This document shows, in pieces, positions 11,407-24,671 of a stretch of DNA of 64,000 nt. The stretch lies in NCBI GenBank assembly GCA_050273025.1, contig CP158636.1:6572001-6636000 (forward strand), in the 5' to 3' direction. Every line of letters begins with the position of its first letter. Position 1 is the first letter of the stretch. Below the pieces are notes generated by a model, which was not told the DNA's origin, did no database searches, and saw nothing but the letters and a program-made list of their open reading frames with translations. A program made the position numbers and the translations under genes. The DNA comes from Cenococcum geophilum (lineage: Eukaryota).

Positions 11407-14400
11407 TTTGGATGGTATTCAAATAACAAGTTGGTTTGATATGTTGAAGGGAAAGGGATTGCTAGGTGTGCGCAGGCTTTATTTATGCGGTTGCTGTTCT
11501 TCGAATTTAAGCGGCGCCAAGGCGAAGGTAAGCCGTCCCCACAGCGCGGTATCAGCTGATATCGTGACTCACAAAATTGAACGCGCGTTATTGGCCCTAT
11601 GTTATCTCTAAAGTGTCAAAAGTACGCGTGTGGTCACGAAGCTTTGATCCTACTGATTCTATTGATTAGCTTTTATGGATAACTGTAGGACCTATTTTAC
11701 TAGGGGAAGGGATATAGCTGTCTACGTTTCACCTGACGATATCCTAATCCTTTTTAGGTATCAAGCTCCTGTTTTTCCTGCTTATTCACCTAACATGTGA
11801 CTCTTGATATAACAATAACATTAGTATTACGATACGCTCGGCCGAACAAATGGTATCGTATTGAAGAGATCTGACTGTACTGGAGTTCGGATGCAGCCAG
11901 GACTCCGAAATGCAGGTCTTGGCGGCCAACGGTTGGAAGAAGCCGTGGGAGTAAGGGTAAGTGAAACATGCGAGAATGCGTTGGCTTCTCGAACTTAGTT
12001 ATTGAGAACCAACCACTTGTCAGAGTATCAGCCCACGCTTTAAATATAACTCAGCTCAGATGACTTCGGGAGCCAATCGTTTGCAGCTCGCAAGACTCGC
12101 AGTGCACTTGACGGAGGAGTCGTCGTCCTATCAGCGCTCAGTAAGCCAAAGGGATAGCTATCTGCTTGGCGAGTACGAGGTGGCATGATCTCGGTGAAAA
12201 ATCTATGGGAATACTTGTCATGGCAAGGACCAAAATGGCGGCTGTCTTATCGTCGGCGGATTGTAGCTGGCAGAATATTAGATAACCAGCACTTAAGAGC
12301 TAAACATCTCCCACGAGAATCATTTCAACAACAACAGCTGCTACAGTGATGTGCACGACCAGCTTCACCCCCCCCTTAGCGAGTAAGAAAGACGTAATCG
12401 TTTGTATTTTAAATATCCATATATACGCGACGGGCTTGGGCCTTCCGCTATTTTATTACATTTTAGCTACCGGGTTCCTTAATAGGCTTACCCCAAATAA
12501 AGTTAAGACGGGAGTTTTTTAATAGTGCTTAATCGCCACGCATTATACAGTTTATTTTTAATTATTTAACTTTCTTATTAATCTTAATAAGGAATTTATT
12601 AATTTCCGTATTAGAACTTAGTAGGGTTAACTAACCCACCTTAGAAGTTATATATTAGTCTATAGTTAGAAACAGATCTAGAATATTATAGCTAGTGGCC
12701 CTCTTTATATAATAGAGTGAAATTTAATAAAGTAAGATAGGTATAGGTAAAATATAGTTTTATACAGATTTAGGTTCTAATTTTGGCGCCTATATATTAT
12801 AACATATTATATAGGGATTGGTTCAGCTAATAAGTATATAAAAAAGATTAACCATTAGGGCATGGCTGTATATTAGCTAGTAGAACGTCTAAAAACTATA
12901 TTATTGGTTTCACAAGGTAATACCACGTATCTACAAGTTGTAGGTAGTATAATAATTATTATTCTCTCTTCCTCTTGCTTAAGGAAGGGCGAGGAGCTTA
13001 GGGCTCCTTACTATACTAGTACCGCGGCAACACATAACGGCAACTTACCTCACGTGACAGCAACTTGCCTATATTCCCAACACTAGCAACTCTTCTTTTA
13101 CGGTTGTTATTTATATATATATACCACTCAACTAGCGTAATAAATATTAATCCTCCTTACTTACTATTACCATTGCAATATAAGTCTCGCTATTCTAGAA
13201 TTTGCCTCTTAGCACGTGGTGCTTTTTTACTTAGGAGTTATAGGTAAATATCTTATTAGGAGGGCCGCTAAGGCGCTAATAGTAAGCGAGCTAATAGCAA
13301 TTTTTTATCCTGGGGATAGAAAATCCTAATTAGCTAGTTTAAGTTAGGGTTTATAAAATATTATACTCCTACTCCCTTTTAACCTAACCTTTAACTTATA
13401 TATATAAAGTATTTATATTAATAAACATCTCTAGTGCCTTATTTAGGTTCGCCTTTGTTATTATATCTACTAGGTTATCTTAGCTATTAATTTATTAAAT
13501 TTTAAAGAGTTTTTAACACTTATAGGATTGCTAAAGTACTATAATATTAATTATAAGGCGCTTTTCCTTTATAGTACTAAGCTTAACTAAATACTTATAG
13601 AGGGAATATAAGTCGGTATATATAATTATAGGGATAGCGGGAAGTTTAAGTTAATCTATAATTATCTTTAGGGTAGTTCCAATTATAATTACTATATTAA
13701 CTCCGCTAACTATTCTATATATCTCTAACGCTAAAACGCTTTAAGTAATATACTTACTCTTAGTTAAGCTTTAGTAGATAAGATTACCGTAGATTATAAA
13801 GTTATTCTCTTTAGTAGATTTATTTATAATAATAATCTTATATCCTAACTAGGAGCTAAAATATTTATTATTTATAAATAATCTATTAATAAATATAAAG
13901 AGCTTAGTGGTAGGAAGATTAATAGGTATATAAAGTAGTCCCTAATTAAGATGGTTTATTTACTAGAAAAGATATTTATTTAGGGTAAAAACATTATCCT
14001 TAGCTAGTTCCTAATATTAGGCGGTAATAAAGAGATTAAATAAAGCCTTAGGTTAATAGATAGAAGTAATATATACTCTATAAGCGCGTTACTCTATATA
14101 TCTTTGCTTTAGAGAATTAATATTAATAATATTAATCTTCTTACCTTAACCCTTCTAGCGTAAAGTAATAGAATCCTTATTTAGGGCGAGGATACATCTA
14201 TTAAAGAGTAATAGTATTATTAAATTAAGCTTTTCCTTTAGCTTTACTATAAGATTTACCTTTACTAGCTTGTCTTCTTTAAGAGCTAAGAACTAGTCGT
14301 CTCCTAAGATAATTATATTATTAGTTTATATGCCAATAATTCTAAATAGAGTTCTTATAGTTATAATAAGGAAGTAGGGATTAAATATAGAAGTAGTTAT

Positions 14401-14715
14401 TAAAAGCTTCTCTTTATAGTACTTACTATAAGTAGCCTACTAATAAGTTCCTACCTCTGCAATTCTATATAATAGCTTAAGCACAACTATAATTATATCT
14501 TTAGGATACTGGTGGCGAATTTTCTTTAAAAGGTATACTAATATTAAGCGCTAAAGGTGCGTCTCTAATTAGGTATAGGCTTAAGTAATATCTTATAAAT
14601 AAACCGCTATTCGATTCTTTATTAAGGAGGGAGCTAGCATAATAATAACTTACTAACTAGCTTGTTAAATTATAGGAGATTACATAAAAATTACCTCCTT
14701 ACTATTATTGTTATA

Positions 14716-14951
14716 TGTTATGTTATAATATTCAATTACGCTGTTGCGGCTCCCATTAGGGTCCATGCAGCGGGCCTATATGGGTATATATATATACATG
14801 TGTAAGAGGGGAACCGTACCGCTAGGGCCGGATAAAACCTCTCCTTCTCTTGTTATACGGCCTGTATGGCTTGTTATGCGGCCTATATAGCCTCTCTTCT
14901 GATTAGTGACTGCCAAGCACGAGTAGACGTCTCTTTGAGGCGCTACAGAAA
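14716..14951 (-). mobile_element. 5'-truncated non-LTR (Tad1-like LINE/SINE) 3' end inserted in Copia A RT
   Basis: Flanked by a 13-bp direct repeat TATTATTGTTATA (14703-14715 and 14952-14964). The minus strand ends GCGTAATTGAATA plus a short TAACA-repeat tail. Removing it restores the Copia RT frame. Family call is inference. Confidence 0.65.
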
Positions 14952-16850
14952 TATTATTGTTATAACCTTAAATAATAAGCCTTAATTTCTTAAATAGGGT
15001 ATTAGTAGCTTTGCCTTTAATCTCGTTAACTATTCTTAACTTAAAGATGCAAACTTTATTAAACTTAGCAGGGTTATACTTCTTAAATTTAAAGACTCCT
15101 CTTGTAATAAGACTATTAATCTCCTACTTATTAAATACTTAGAAAGGAGCTCTAAAAGTTATAATATAATTTTCCTTTTAAAGCTGTTTTATAAGCTTAA
15201 AGTTAGCCTTTTCCTTAGCTATTATAAAGGCCATTAATAACTTAACTTTATTCTTAATAGCGGTAACAAATTGCTCTTTAAAATTAATAAGATATTAGCG
15301 ATTTTATAATCCCTTTAGGTAACCTCTACCGCGTTATAGTTACGAAACCTCTATTATATTAAAATTATAGTCGCCTTCTAAAGTATATTAATCGTAGTTC
15401 TCCTTTAGGGTATTCTATAAAGGTTTAGAACTATTATCTTTATAATAAGGCTTAATAATAGTTAAACGGAATTAAGTAGGTCTGTAAGGCATCTAAATAG
15501 TATAAGTTTAACCATTAATTATAATAAGTTAATATAGACCTAACTATCCTCCCTTTTTACACTATACGCGTACCTTAGACTAAAGTGGTAGATTAAGCAT
15601 AGTTAAGGTATTTAGGCTATTTCTTATTTCTAGTACGTTATTAACCTAGCGTATAGCGTAAAGACGTTATACCTCCTTTATTGCCTTGTAAATAGCCTTA
15701 GTTTATTATATAATAGAGGGAAATAGCGGAGAATTATTAGTTATTTAAGAGTAGGCGCTAAAGACTAGTAACGTGGGTATAAGTCTATTTAGGCCAGCGG
15801 AATTATTAATAGCTTTAACAGCTATTTATAAGGTAAGTTCTTCGCTAATATCCTTTAGTTTTAAAAAAATAATCTTATATACGCGGCGTAATAGCGTATA
15901 ATATTACTCTACTTTTCTAACTATCGGGAATAAGGCAAGCGGTTATCACGTAACGCCGCGGCACTAGCGTGGCGAAAAGTCTTAGGCTCCTCACCCTTCC
16001 TTATTCTAATTAATAAGCTTTATTAACCAACATCACTATAACCTACTTAAGTAGTTGTTATTAGTAAATTACCCTATATAACTAACACTAATTAGTAGTT
16101 AAATATATAGTCAACTATAGAGCAGGTAGGTTTTTAAATAGAAGAGACAGTCTTATATAGGGGTGCTATATACGCTTATATGGAATAGATCCCGGCAATA
16201 CTATACTACCTTAAACTTATAAAAAACTAGTAATAAAAGTGTTACTAAGTACTAGGAGATACTAAGTTATATCTATTATATAAAACAACCGCGTTTATAA
16301 AGATTTAGTTAAGTACTTTAGGTCAGAAGTATTACTAAACCTAAGGTCCTAAGTTAACGTCTAAAACGCGTTAAATAACTACCTTAATACCCTTCGTGTA
16401 CCTTCGCAGACTATAGGATTATAATTACTATCTAATTACACGTTAAACAACCTTTAAAAACAGCTATTATAGCGTTAACCTACCTAAAGAAGTATAAGGA
16501 CGACATTAACCTAGAGATATAGAACACCGATATAACTAACCTAGAAGATATTAAGCAGTAAAACTCAAACGGATTCTTATTACACTATATAGTATACTAT
16601 AAAGATAGCAAATATAACAACACTATGCTATAGTACTATATAAGGGAGGACTTTATTAAATAGATAAAGGGAACATAAACTCCTATAAAGAAGGATATTA
16701 TATAAGACTTCCGTAACTTCTTATAGAAGTATAAAGTCTTTATACCTATAGATAGGGGTACTATTAAAGACAATATTTAGGAGTAGGTTATTAACATAAA
16801 AGAAGAGTATAAATAGACTCTATAAGAGATTAAGCACTAACTACGCACTA

Positions 16851-17175
16851 TCCCTTGCACGGATAAATACGCCCTATAAAATGTGGCCCGTGCGCACCAA
16901 TTAATAAGGCGCATATACGGGCGGTAAGTTGTTCTGCCATATCACGAAAGGAGAGGCTCGAAGGCAGGTAGTGGTTCAGGTTCTGGCGGTGGCCTTTTTG
17001 CGACACAATTTTTGGAAATAGGATATTAAATGGGCTGCACAAGGTCTATATTATCGGACGTGTAGTTACGCACCATTTTGGTAGTGTTATTCGTTTACAT
17101 TTGGACACTAAAAAAGTTGATGTTCTTGACCCCGCGCATAGGCTATAAAATATAGCACCCTATCCGTGCAAGGGA
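16851..17175. mobile_element. 325-bp MITE, Tc1/mariner-type ends
   Basis: Perfect 15-bp TIR TCCCTTGCACGGATA / TATCCGTGCAAGGGA flanked by TA on both sides; inserted in Copia B gag; little RIP. Confidence 0.9.
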
Positions 17176-19299
17176 TAAGGAAGCTTAACTTATAATAGAA
17201 TCTAAGTAATACACCTTTAGAGACAAATCTACCTCTACCTTTAACTCCTCTGTATCTAATTTAACCTGTAACTTTAATATTAAATACTATACCCTAATAA
17301 GAGCAGGTATAGGATCCCATTACTTTACAATTTAATAACCTTTAAACTCCACCAACTAGACCTACGTCCCCACTATAGCCTATAATATAACCCCTACCTC
17401 CTCTATCTTAATCTTAAATTGGAGGTAGTTTAAAATTGCTTATAGAGCTTATAAAGCTCTATTTAGATTAGGAGAAGAAGTTTAGTAGGAAATTATACAA
17501 TATTCTTAATTCGAAACTATATATCTTCTATAATTATTACTAGAAGGTAGAAATAGAGTCTAATTAATACTATAACGCCTATTCTGTTATACTTAAGGGC
17601 TAAGCTAGTACCTTCTATTATAATTATTTAGCAGAAAAAGGATATAATTTTAACCGCATAATATATAAGTTAAGATATTACTTTAAAATAAAAGAGAATA
17701 AGTAGCAGTATATATTAAAATAGAGAGAGACTACCTTTTTAAGGATTATCGCTACAAACCCAGGTATCCCTTAACTTAATTATCTTTAAAAGCTCTTTAA
17801 TTAACTTTAGACGATTTAGCGTAGTTTATTTAAATTATATTAAGAGGATTTCAGCCTATATAATTAAGTTATTAGTATATACTAAAGTATTAAAGAATAC
17901 AACCTTACTTTCTTTAATCCTGCAAATACTTATAAAGGAGTATATACTTAATTAAGATCTTTTATTAGCACTACTCTACGCTCTTAAGAAGTATAGTAAT
18001 TTAACGCCTAACTCTAACCTACTTTAATTAACCCGCCTAACTAATATAACCACAACTAGACTAATTGAATATATAGTTGCCGTAGTAGATAATATAGTAG
18101 AGGGTATAATTAACAACTATAAGGTAAAAGTAGAGGTTCTTATAGAGGTTCATTTTAAAGCGATTGCTAAAAAAAGTGCTATATTTATAAGAAACCGAAT
18201 TACTAGTTAACTAGGCATTCTTTTAATAAACAAAAGAAGGTATATAATAAGTTTCGCTAAAGTACATCGGCAAAATATGGTACCCTTCCAATGGCCTCAA
18301 TGGTTGGTGGTTGACGCAATTGGCGCGCAGTTGAGGGCATTTGGCAACCCGACCGACTAGCCTATGTCGTGTTTTTTTGACACGCAGCCTGCGCGTAGCC
18401 TGCGCGCAACCTGCGCGCAACCTATACGCAACCTATAACCACAATTGTATTTGGAGCCATCTACCTCTTTTATACCAACAGTATATTTTAGATAATAAAA
18501 AAAGGCTACTTTAAAGCTATTTATAAGGCTAGTAAGGTAAATTATATACACTTCCTTATATAATCTAATATATTATTTTAGACAATATAATATAATATTC
18601 CAACTATTTTATAATATATTCTAAAATTATAAGACCTTTCCTACTCTCCCTATAACAATAATATAATATAAATATTTAGCTTTACTAGCATAGCATATAC
18701 ATATAGCCAAAAAGTAGCTACTAAGAGTAGCAGATATAGGCCGAAAGAAAGGTAGATTAAGAGCTAGTATATATAATAAAGAAGCCGCAGTTATCCTATA
18801 GGAGAATATAGAAAGTCCTACACCTAATCTCCTACTAAAAACTCTACTAGCTCCTCTATACTAGAGTCTAGAGTATATATTATAAACTTTATATACTACT
18901 CCTTATTCTTAATTAAATTTAATATTACTTTCCCGTTACTATACTAGCTATAGCTATCCTCTGCAAGGCTATAGTACTACTTAAATTATATAAATAACTT
19001 ATTAGATTTAAACCTTTCTAGCCTAGGCTCGCCGGTTCCTATATTTAGGATAAAGTAATATACTAAGGCGGAGGATATATATTCTGCTAAATCTAACAAA
19101 CTTAGCTAGTTCTAAAAGTTAAATTAGCAAATATTATAGTAGTAGTAGGGCCCTAGATTTTCTAGCTTACTCTAGAGCTCTTCCTTTAAGACGGACTTAG
19201 CGGACTAGTTTAGCCTACTCTAGAGCTCTCTATTTAGGATAGACTTAGTAAACTAGTCTAGCCTACTCTAGAGCTCTCCCTTTAAGACAGGCTTAATAA

Positions 19300-21450
19300 A
19301 TTAGATAGTATAGCCCGGCTCACCAATAAATAGCCTAAGTTAATAATCGCGTTAGTTTCGTTGTCGCTAAGGCTTATAAGGAACCTCTCTCTTATATTAT
19401 CGCTTAGATCCGCTATAAGGTCGTTAAGGTCATCTTTATACGGGTCCTTAATAATTTCTATAGTCAATTAATCTAGCATTAGGCCTATAGTATATTTAAT
19501 AACTATGGGCTAAAGCCGCAGCCAGATTCCAGATTACCGTTTTCTAAATATCTAGTTCCAGCCGCCTAAGAGGTTAGCGTAGGCTTCTATAACAGGTTAA
19601 AGAATAATAATAGGTAATAAAACACCGGATATACACTAACTACTAATAATAGTGCCATAAAAGTTATTTGTTCCCTTAGACCTAGTTTTATACTCCCTAA
19701 TTATATAATATATTACTATTAAAACAAAAGTAATAGTATTGCCGGTAAGCTTTTTAAACATATTATAAGAGTAGGGTAATTAGGCAAGGCCGTTCTTTCC
19801 TCTACTATAAAATATACTAGCTATACTAGCAACTATCGTATTAGAACAAAAGCGGTTATTACTTAGCTATTAACTCTTATTAGTATTTTACTAAATAGCA
19901 CGGGCAAAATACCTTTATATAATCTAGCGCAATAAAATTATAATTAGTTAGTAGTTCCACAATAAGTTTAGGCGCGTTATTAAACCCTAGCCTATATACC
20001 TCCCTTACAATTATATAAGCCTTTATAATCGCGTAGTTCCTAAAGTTCCCTATTGCGTTAAATAGCTATATATAATATTAAGATTGTTAGTAGATAATTT
20101 AATATAATATTTCTAGTATATAGATACCTTATAAGTGGACACCGGGTTAGGAATATAATTAGCTTTTTTTTATACTGCTTTTAGCTGCTTTAAAATAGCT
20201 TCTAACTATGCCTTTTTCATTATATCCTTAATAAGGCCTAGAAAGCAGTTGAACTATAGGTTAATAAAATACCCGTTATAAGTCCTAGAGTTAGTTACTA
20301 GCCTTACTAATAAAATAGACCTATAAAACGCAAATATAGGCTTATATCTCTTAGGTGGGTTTTATTTTATACATTGCCATTATAATATCTAGAGGTACTC
20401 TTCTCTTACCTATAGCGCGGTAGTTAGGTTAAAATCGTCTTTGTAGTCTAACTCGTCCTTACTTTCCCTAGCGCTATTTAGGTCCCCTTTAAATCAAATA
20501 CTAGGTTAGTATACTCTGTATTAAAGGGAGGTCACTTATCTTATGGACGAAGCTATGTTAGGGTTTAGGCGGACACGGCTTACTAGGGAGAATATAAAGC
20601 TAAATATTAGTTGTTTACGCGATAAGGTACGGATTAGGCGCGTAGGAGAGTATTTTAAACTAATACGCAATTATTAAGAGCCGGAGGTATATTATAAAGA
20701 TGCTGCTTTTTATAGCGGTTAGTGGTTAGATAATAAAGAGAGTGTTCTATTTACTAGGGCCCGTTAAGTACTAAATAGTAGAGGAGACTATTAAGTATTA
20801 CAGTTAGACTCCGGTTATGCATAAAGGTATAACCTACCTTAACTAAAAGATTGGGACTTCGCGTCTTTAACTAAGCTGGTTTTACTACCAGATTATTAAC
20901 AGATTTAGTAGATTTATTAATATTTGGTTGCTATTATTTCGTAAAAAAAGCAAGTATAGACTTGCAGTCACTATCCTTATTATTAAAGATTACCCTTTTT
21001 AGCCGGAGGCGGCCATATACATTCTATATATTGTTAGCCAGCTTAATATATTATATACAACGTTAATAGGGTCTATTACGTGCCTACTCCTCTTTATACC
21101 TAGATATAACTAGACCAGAGTCACAATATTACTTATTCTGGCTAGGTTCCACGTACTCGTTCTAGCTAGGCTCTACATACTTATTCTTTGTTAGCGCGTT
21201 CTTCCTTCTATCAGCTAGGACGTAGGCAACTCCTAGTAGTAGGCTAGGTAGAGACGTAAGATTAATTATACTAGTTATCCTCGTTTTCTTATTATACGTT
21301 AACTTAAAGTAGGGTTCTTGCTACTAGTTTAAGTGTTCAATAACGCGTTTTTACGTTTACCTACTATAATAACACTCCTATATTTGCCTAGTTAGCAGAA
21401 GGTACAGCTTATAGCTAGAATAAGTTACCTTATAGCTGTTTCTATAATGT
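19300..21450 (-). pseudogene. Cargo ORF 1, unknown protein with possible DUF6532-like C-terminal domain (RIPped, probably spliced)
   Basis: Long frames broken mainly by RIP-type stops. At 19650-19840 the de-RIP reading is FYxRGKNGLA.LPYS..MFxKLTGNTIxFV.xVxY.xIREYxTG....F, which resembles DUF6532 by eye only. Confidence 0.4.
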
Positions 21451-22229
21451 CTAGGGCGTATATAAATTAACAACTTAAAAGAATATATACTGGTATAGTA
21501 TATATTAGACTAATAGCAGTATTAATAGGAGTATTATTACTATAGTGCTTGCAAATGACTTAAATAGGGGTGTATTTATTATAATTAGCTGCTAGTTCTA
21601 ACCGGTTGCAGTTAAGCCGTAACTACGACCTATTAACTCGCGTTAAGTTAGTAGTTAAGAAAATATTATCGTATAGTTAAAGATTATCTAATACTATTTG
21701 CTATTATACGCGAAACTGTTTTATTCTATTAGTATATCCCTTAGTAGATACAGTATAGGTATATAAAAGGTTAAACGTTAATCCTAGCAATAAAAGTAGT
21801 AGGCTAGTAAGGCTTATGTCTAAATTTAATAGGGAGGTACCTTATTAAACTACTTTACCCACCTAGGGCGCCGGCTTTTAGATCCTATACCTTATTCCAG
21901 TCTACCTATACTAGGTTTAATACCCGTCTCGCGCTTAAAGCGAAGCTTATCTACCTTACCTATATAGCTCACCAGTATAAATAATGCTAGGGTAGGCATA
22001 GGTGGTATATAGGACAGCAATAACACTTCTATATAGTTATATCGCTATATTCCACACCCTTATATAACACCTAGTATTTCTACCACAAATATCTAACGTT
22101 ATTCTTCTATGTTGTTAACCCTACTAGCCTATAGTAAGCCTAACCTATCCCCTATACATATATTACAATAGCAATTAAATTTAGCAGAATAGTAAGGAAA
22201 GCATAAGCATAGATATAAGGATTAGGTGT

Positions 22230-23450
22230 TAGATACTAAGAGTAAGCTAGGGACGGTATTAATATATATTACCCTAATAAGTTTACTGGAAAGAATAGGT
22301 ATAAACCTTAAGCTTTATCGTCTAATCCCCTTAGGCGTTTTAAGAATGCTAGATAACTTGAAGTTATAAGAATATCCTAGGACATATTATTCTAAGACTC
22401 CCTTACCTAATAGCACGCCAAAGGGCTCTAATATTAAGCCGTCTACTTTTATATATAGTAGTCCATTAAACCAGCAAGTATTCTAAATAAAGCAGTGGCT
22501 TTAAGGCGTATAATTTATACTACGGTTATAGTTACCTTTACCTTTTCTATTGCGGGTTAAGGCGTAAAGTAAGGGCTCTTTTTTAACTAGGAGAGGTTTT
22601 TTAGGACAGCTGTAGGTTAAGTATCGCCTTAATATTGACCCGTTTACCTATTCTACCTATTTTTATATATATAAAGTACAAGTTATCTAGTAAAGGCAAG
22701 GGTGCGGAAATAGAGGGTAAGTAATTATATCGTTCTTAGCTAGTAGCGCAGACTGTAAATATAAGTTAGTAACGCTAAATTAACTTTAAGTAGTAACCTA
22801 CTTGTTCTTCTTTATTCTATTATAAATAAAAACTTATCCATTTTTTATAGAAACATATCCTTAACCGCACTACGCCATTTCTCTTCATTTATAAGCTAAA
22901 TTCGTCCTCTAGCTATTTTATTACTAACATAATAGCAAAGCGTTTCGCTCTTAGGGTTAAAGTTAATATCCTAGCCTAGTATATCTATAAATATATTAAA
23001 GCTTAGATTATTAACGTATATATCTAAGGCGTCATTCTTACCAGTCGCTAGCTTTTAGGTTAGGATAATTATTAGCTCTTTATTAGCTGCCCGCCGGATT
23101 AGTATTATTATTATCCTATATAACCTTAGTATTCCCTCCTACCTTATTGCCTTTAGTATGCCGGCTAGTAGATAATACGCGATAGCGGAGTATAGGAGTA
23201 CTAGGTTGCCTGTTGTAATTTACCTAATAAAAGCCGTTTTATTTATTTAACGCGTCGCGTTATAGCTGTAGCGCTAGGTAAGTTATTTAACATATTTAGT
23301 ACGTAGATTCTTAGGTAAACCTAGAAACACAGATAGGAATTTATTGGAGATTTCGTTTAATATTTGCCGTATTTATGCCTTACTTATAAGGGAGCGTAGT
23401 GGCTATCCGAGGAGCCCATACATCAACATTTTGATTTCAATATTATAGTA
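22230..23450 (-). pseudogene. Cargo ORF 2, unknown protein (RIPped, intron near 22750-22800)
   Basis: De-RIP frame includes DLSFDxFxDxLGQDIDFDPKSETLCY...NEEKWRSAVKDMF and continues open at 22230-22500. No family recognised. Confidence 0.4.
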
Positions 23451-24671
23451 GATCGTATTATATTGTTTATTTATAACCCTAAGATCTTACTTAAGAGTGT
23501 CTTTGGTGTTATAGCTTAGGTCTATTATTAGTGCTATAATTCTAAAAGCGTTAGGGGAGGTGCGATAGGAAAGACGTCTTAATTACGCGCCAAGACCAAT
23601 GTATAGGATTGTGTAGACAGGTAACTATATTATTTAGTTATATATAAAACAATCGGTTAAATGTCTTATAAGAAATAAATAAGCGTATTAGCGAACGCTT
23701 CTCTACCCACTACACTACCTAGACTTATAAGCCTCCTCCTATCTATTTTACGTCTCCTCCATCTTAATAAGCTCGATTTAGCACCTAGATTTGTTAATAC
23801 TTTTTATATATATATATATATAAAATTTTTTTTATCTCTATTGTATTATACTACGTATAATACTACGTATGCAGCCTTTAGGCTATAGCGCTATAGTTCT
23901 ATATACATAAAACCCTTTTAGGCAGCTTAATATGTACTAGTAACTATATTTATTAATACTTTAAGACACCTAGTTAGCCCTTAACTAGTGGAGCCTAGTT
24001 AACATAATTAGAGGTCCTAACCTCCGCCGAAATATTTAATATCCCTAATAAGGGCCAGAATATTATTAGCGAAAACGGAGATATTCCACTATAAGTTAAT
24101 AAGATCTTAGGTCCGTCTAGCTTGACAAAGGAGTATCTAAGCTCTTAGTATAATCTTTTAAGAAAAGACACGATTAAACCGTTAAGAGAGGTAGTAGGTT
24201 AAATTAGAGCAAACCCTTTTAGTTTGCCGGAATCTGGATATAGTAATAGAATTGGTATATATAAACAGGTAAGTATGCTATAATTCTAAAGCAGTTATCC
24301 CTTAACATCTATAAGGCCCATATTAGCTTAGTAATATTTTTACCTTAAGGGCTAGTAATCCGCGTGGCGTTCTCACTTAGGAGAGTAGGGAAGATAATCC
24401 ATTAGGATTAGTTAAAAAGACTAGTTGCTAAGTCTCTAGTTGCTTTAACTCCTAAGACTAACATTTTTTAAACAAAATATATACTCGCAATAGCGGCGGT
24501 AAGACTATTAGCTGTATTAGAACAGAATCCTTTAGAGGTTAACTTATTCTTTAAGACCTAAAGAGATTAAAATTAACTTATCCGTATTATAGACAATGGT
24601 TAAGGAATAAACTAGATTTTACGAAGTTAGTCGCTACACTATATTGGCATTATAAAAGCTAATAAGAGAGC

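Noticed and set aside
9266..11611. Small ORFs overlapping or between the bZIP and VOC genes (9266-9670, 9382-9615, 9856-10146, 10549-10752, 11098-11370, 11112-11363, 11336-11611)
   Set aside because: Shadow frames of real genes or short ORFs with no recognisable domain or clear signal peptide.
12400..12901. RIPped segment left of the Copia A LTR
   Set aside because: Probably the repeat into which Copia A inserted, but I recognised no motif or terminus, so it is left unannotated.
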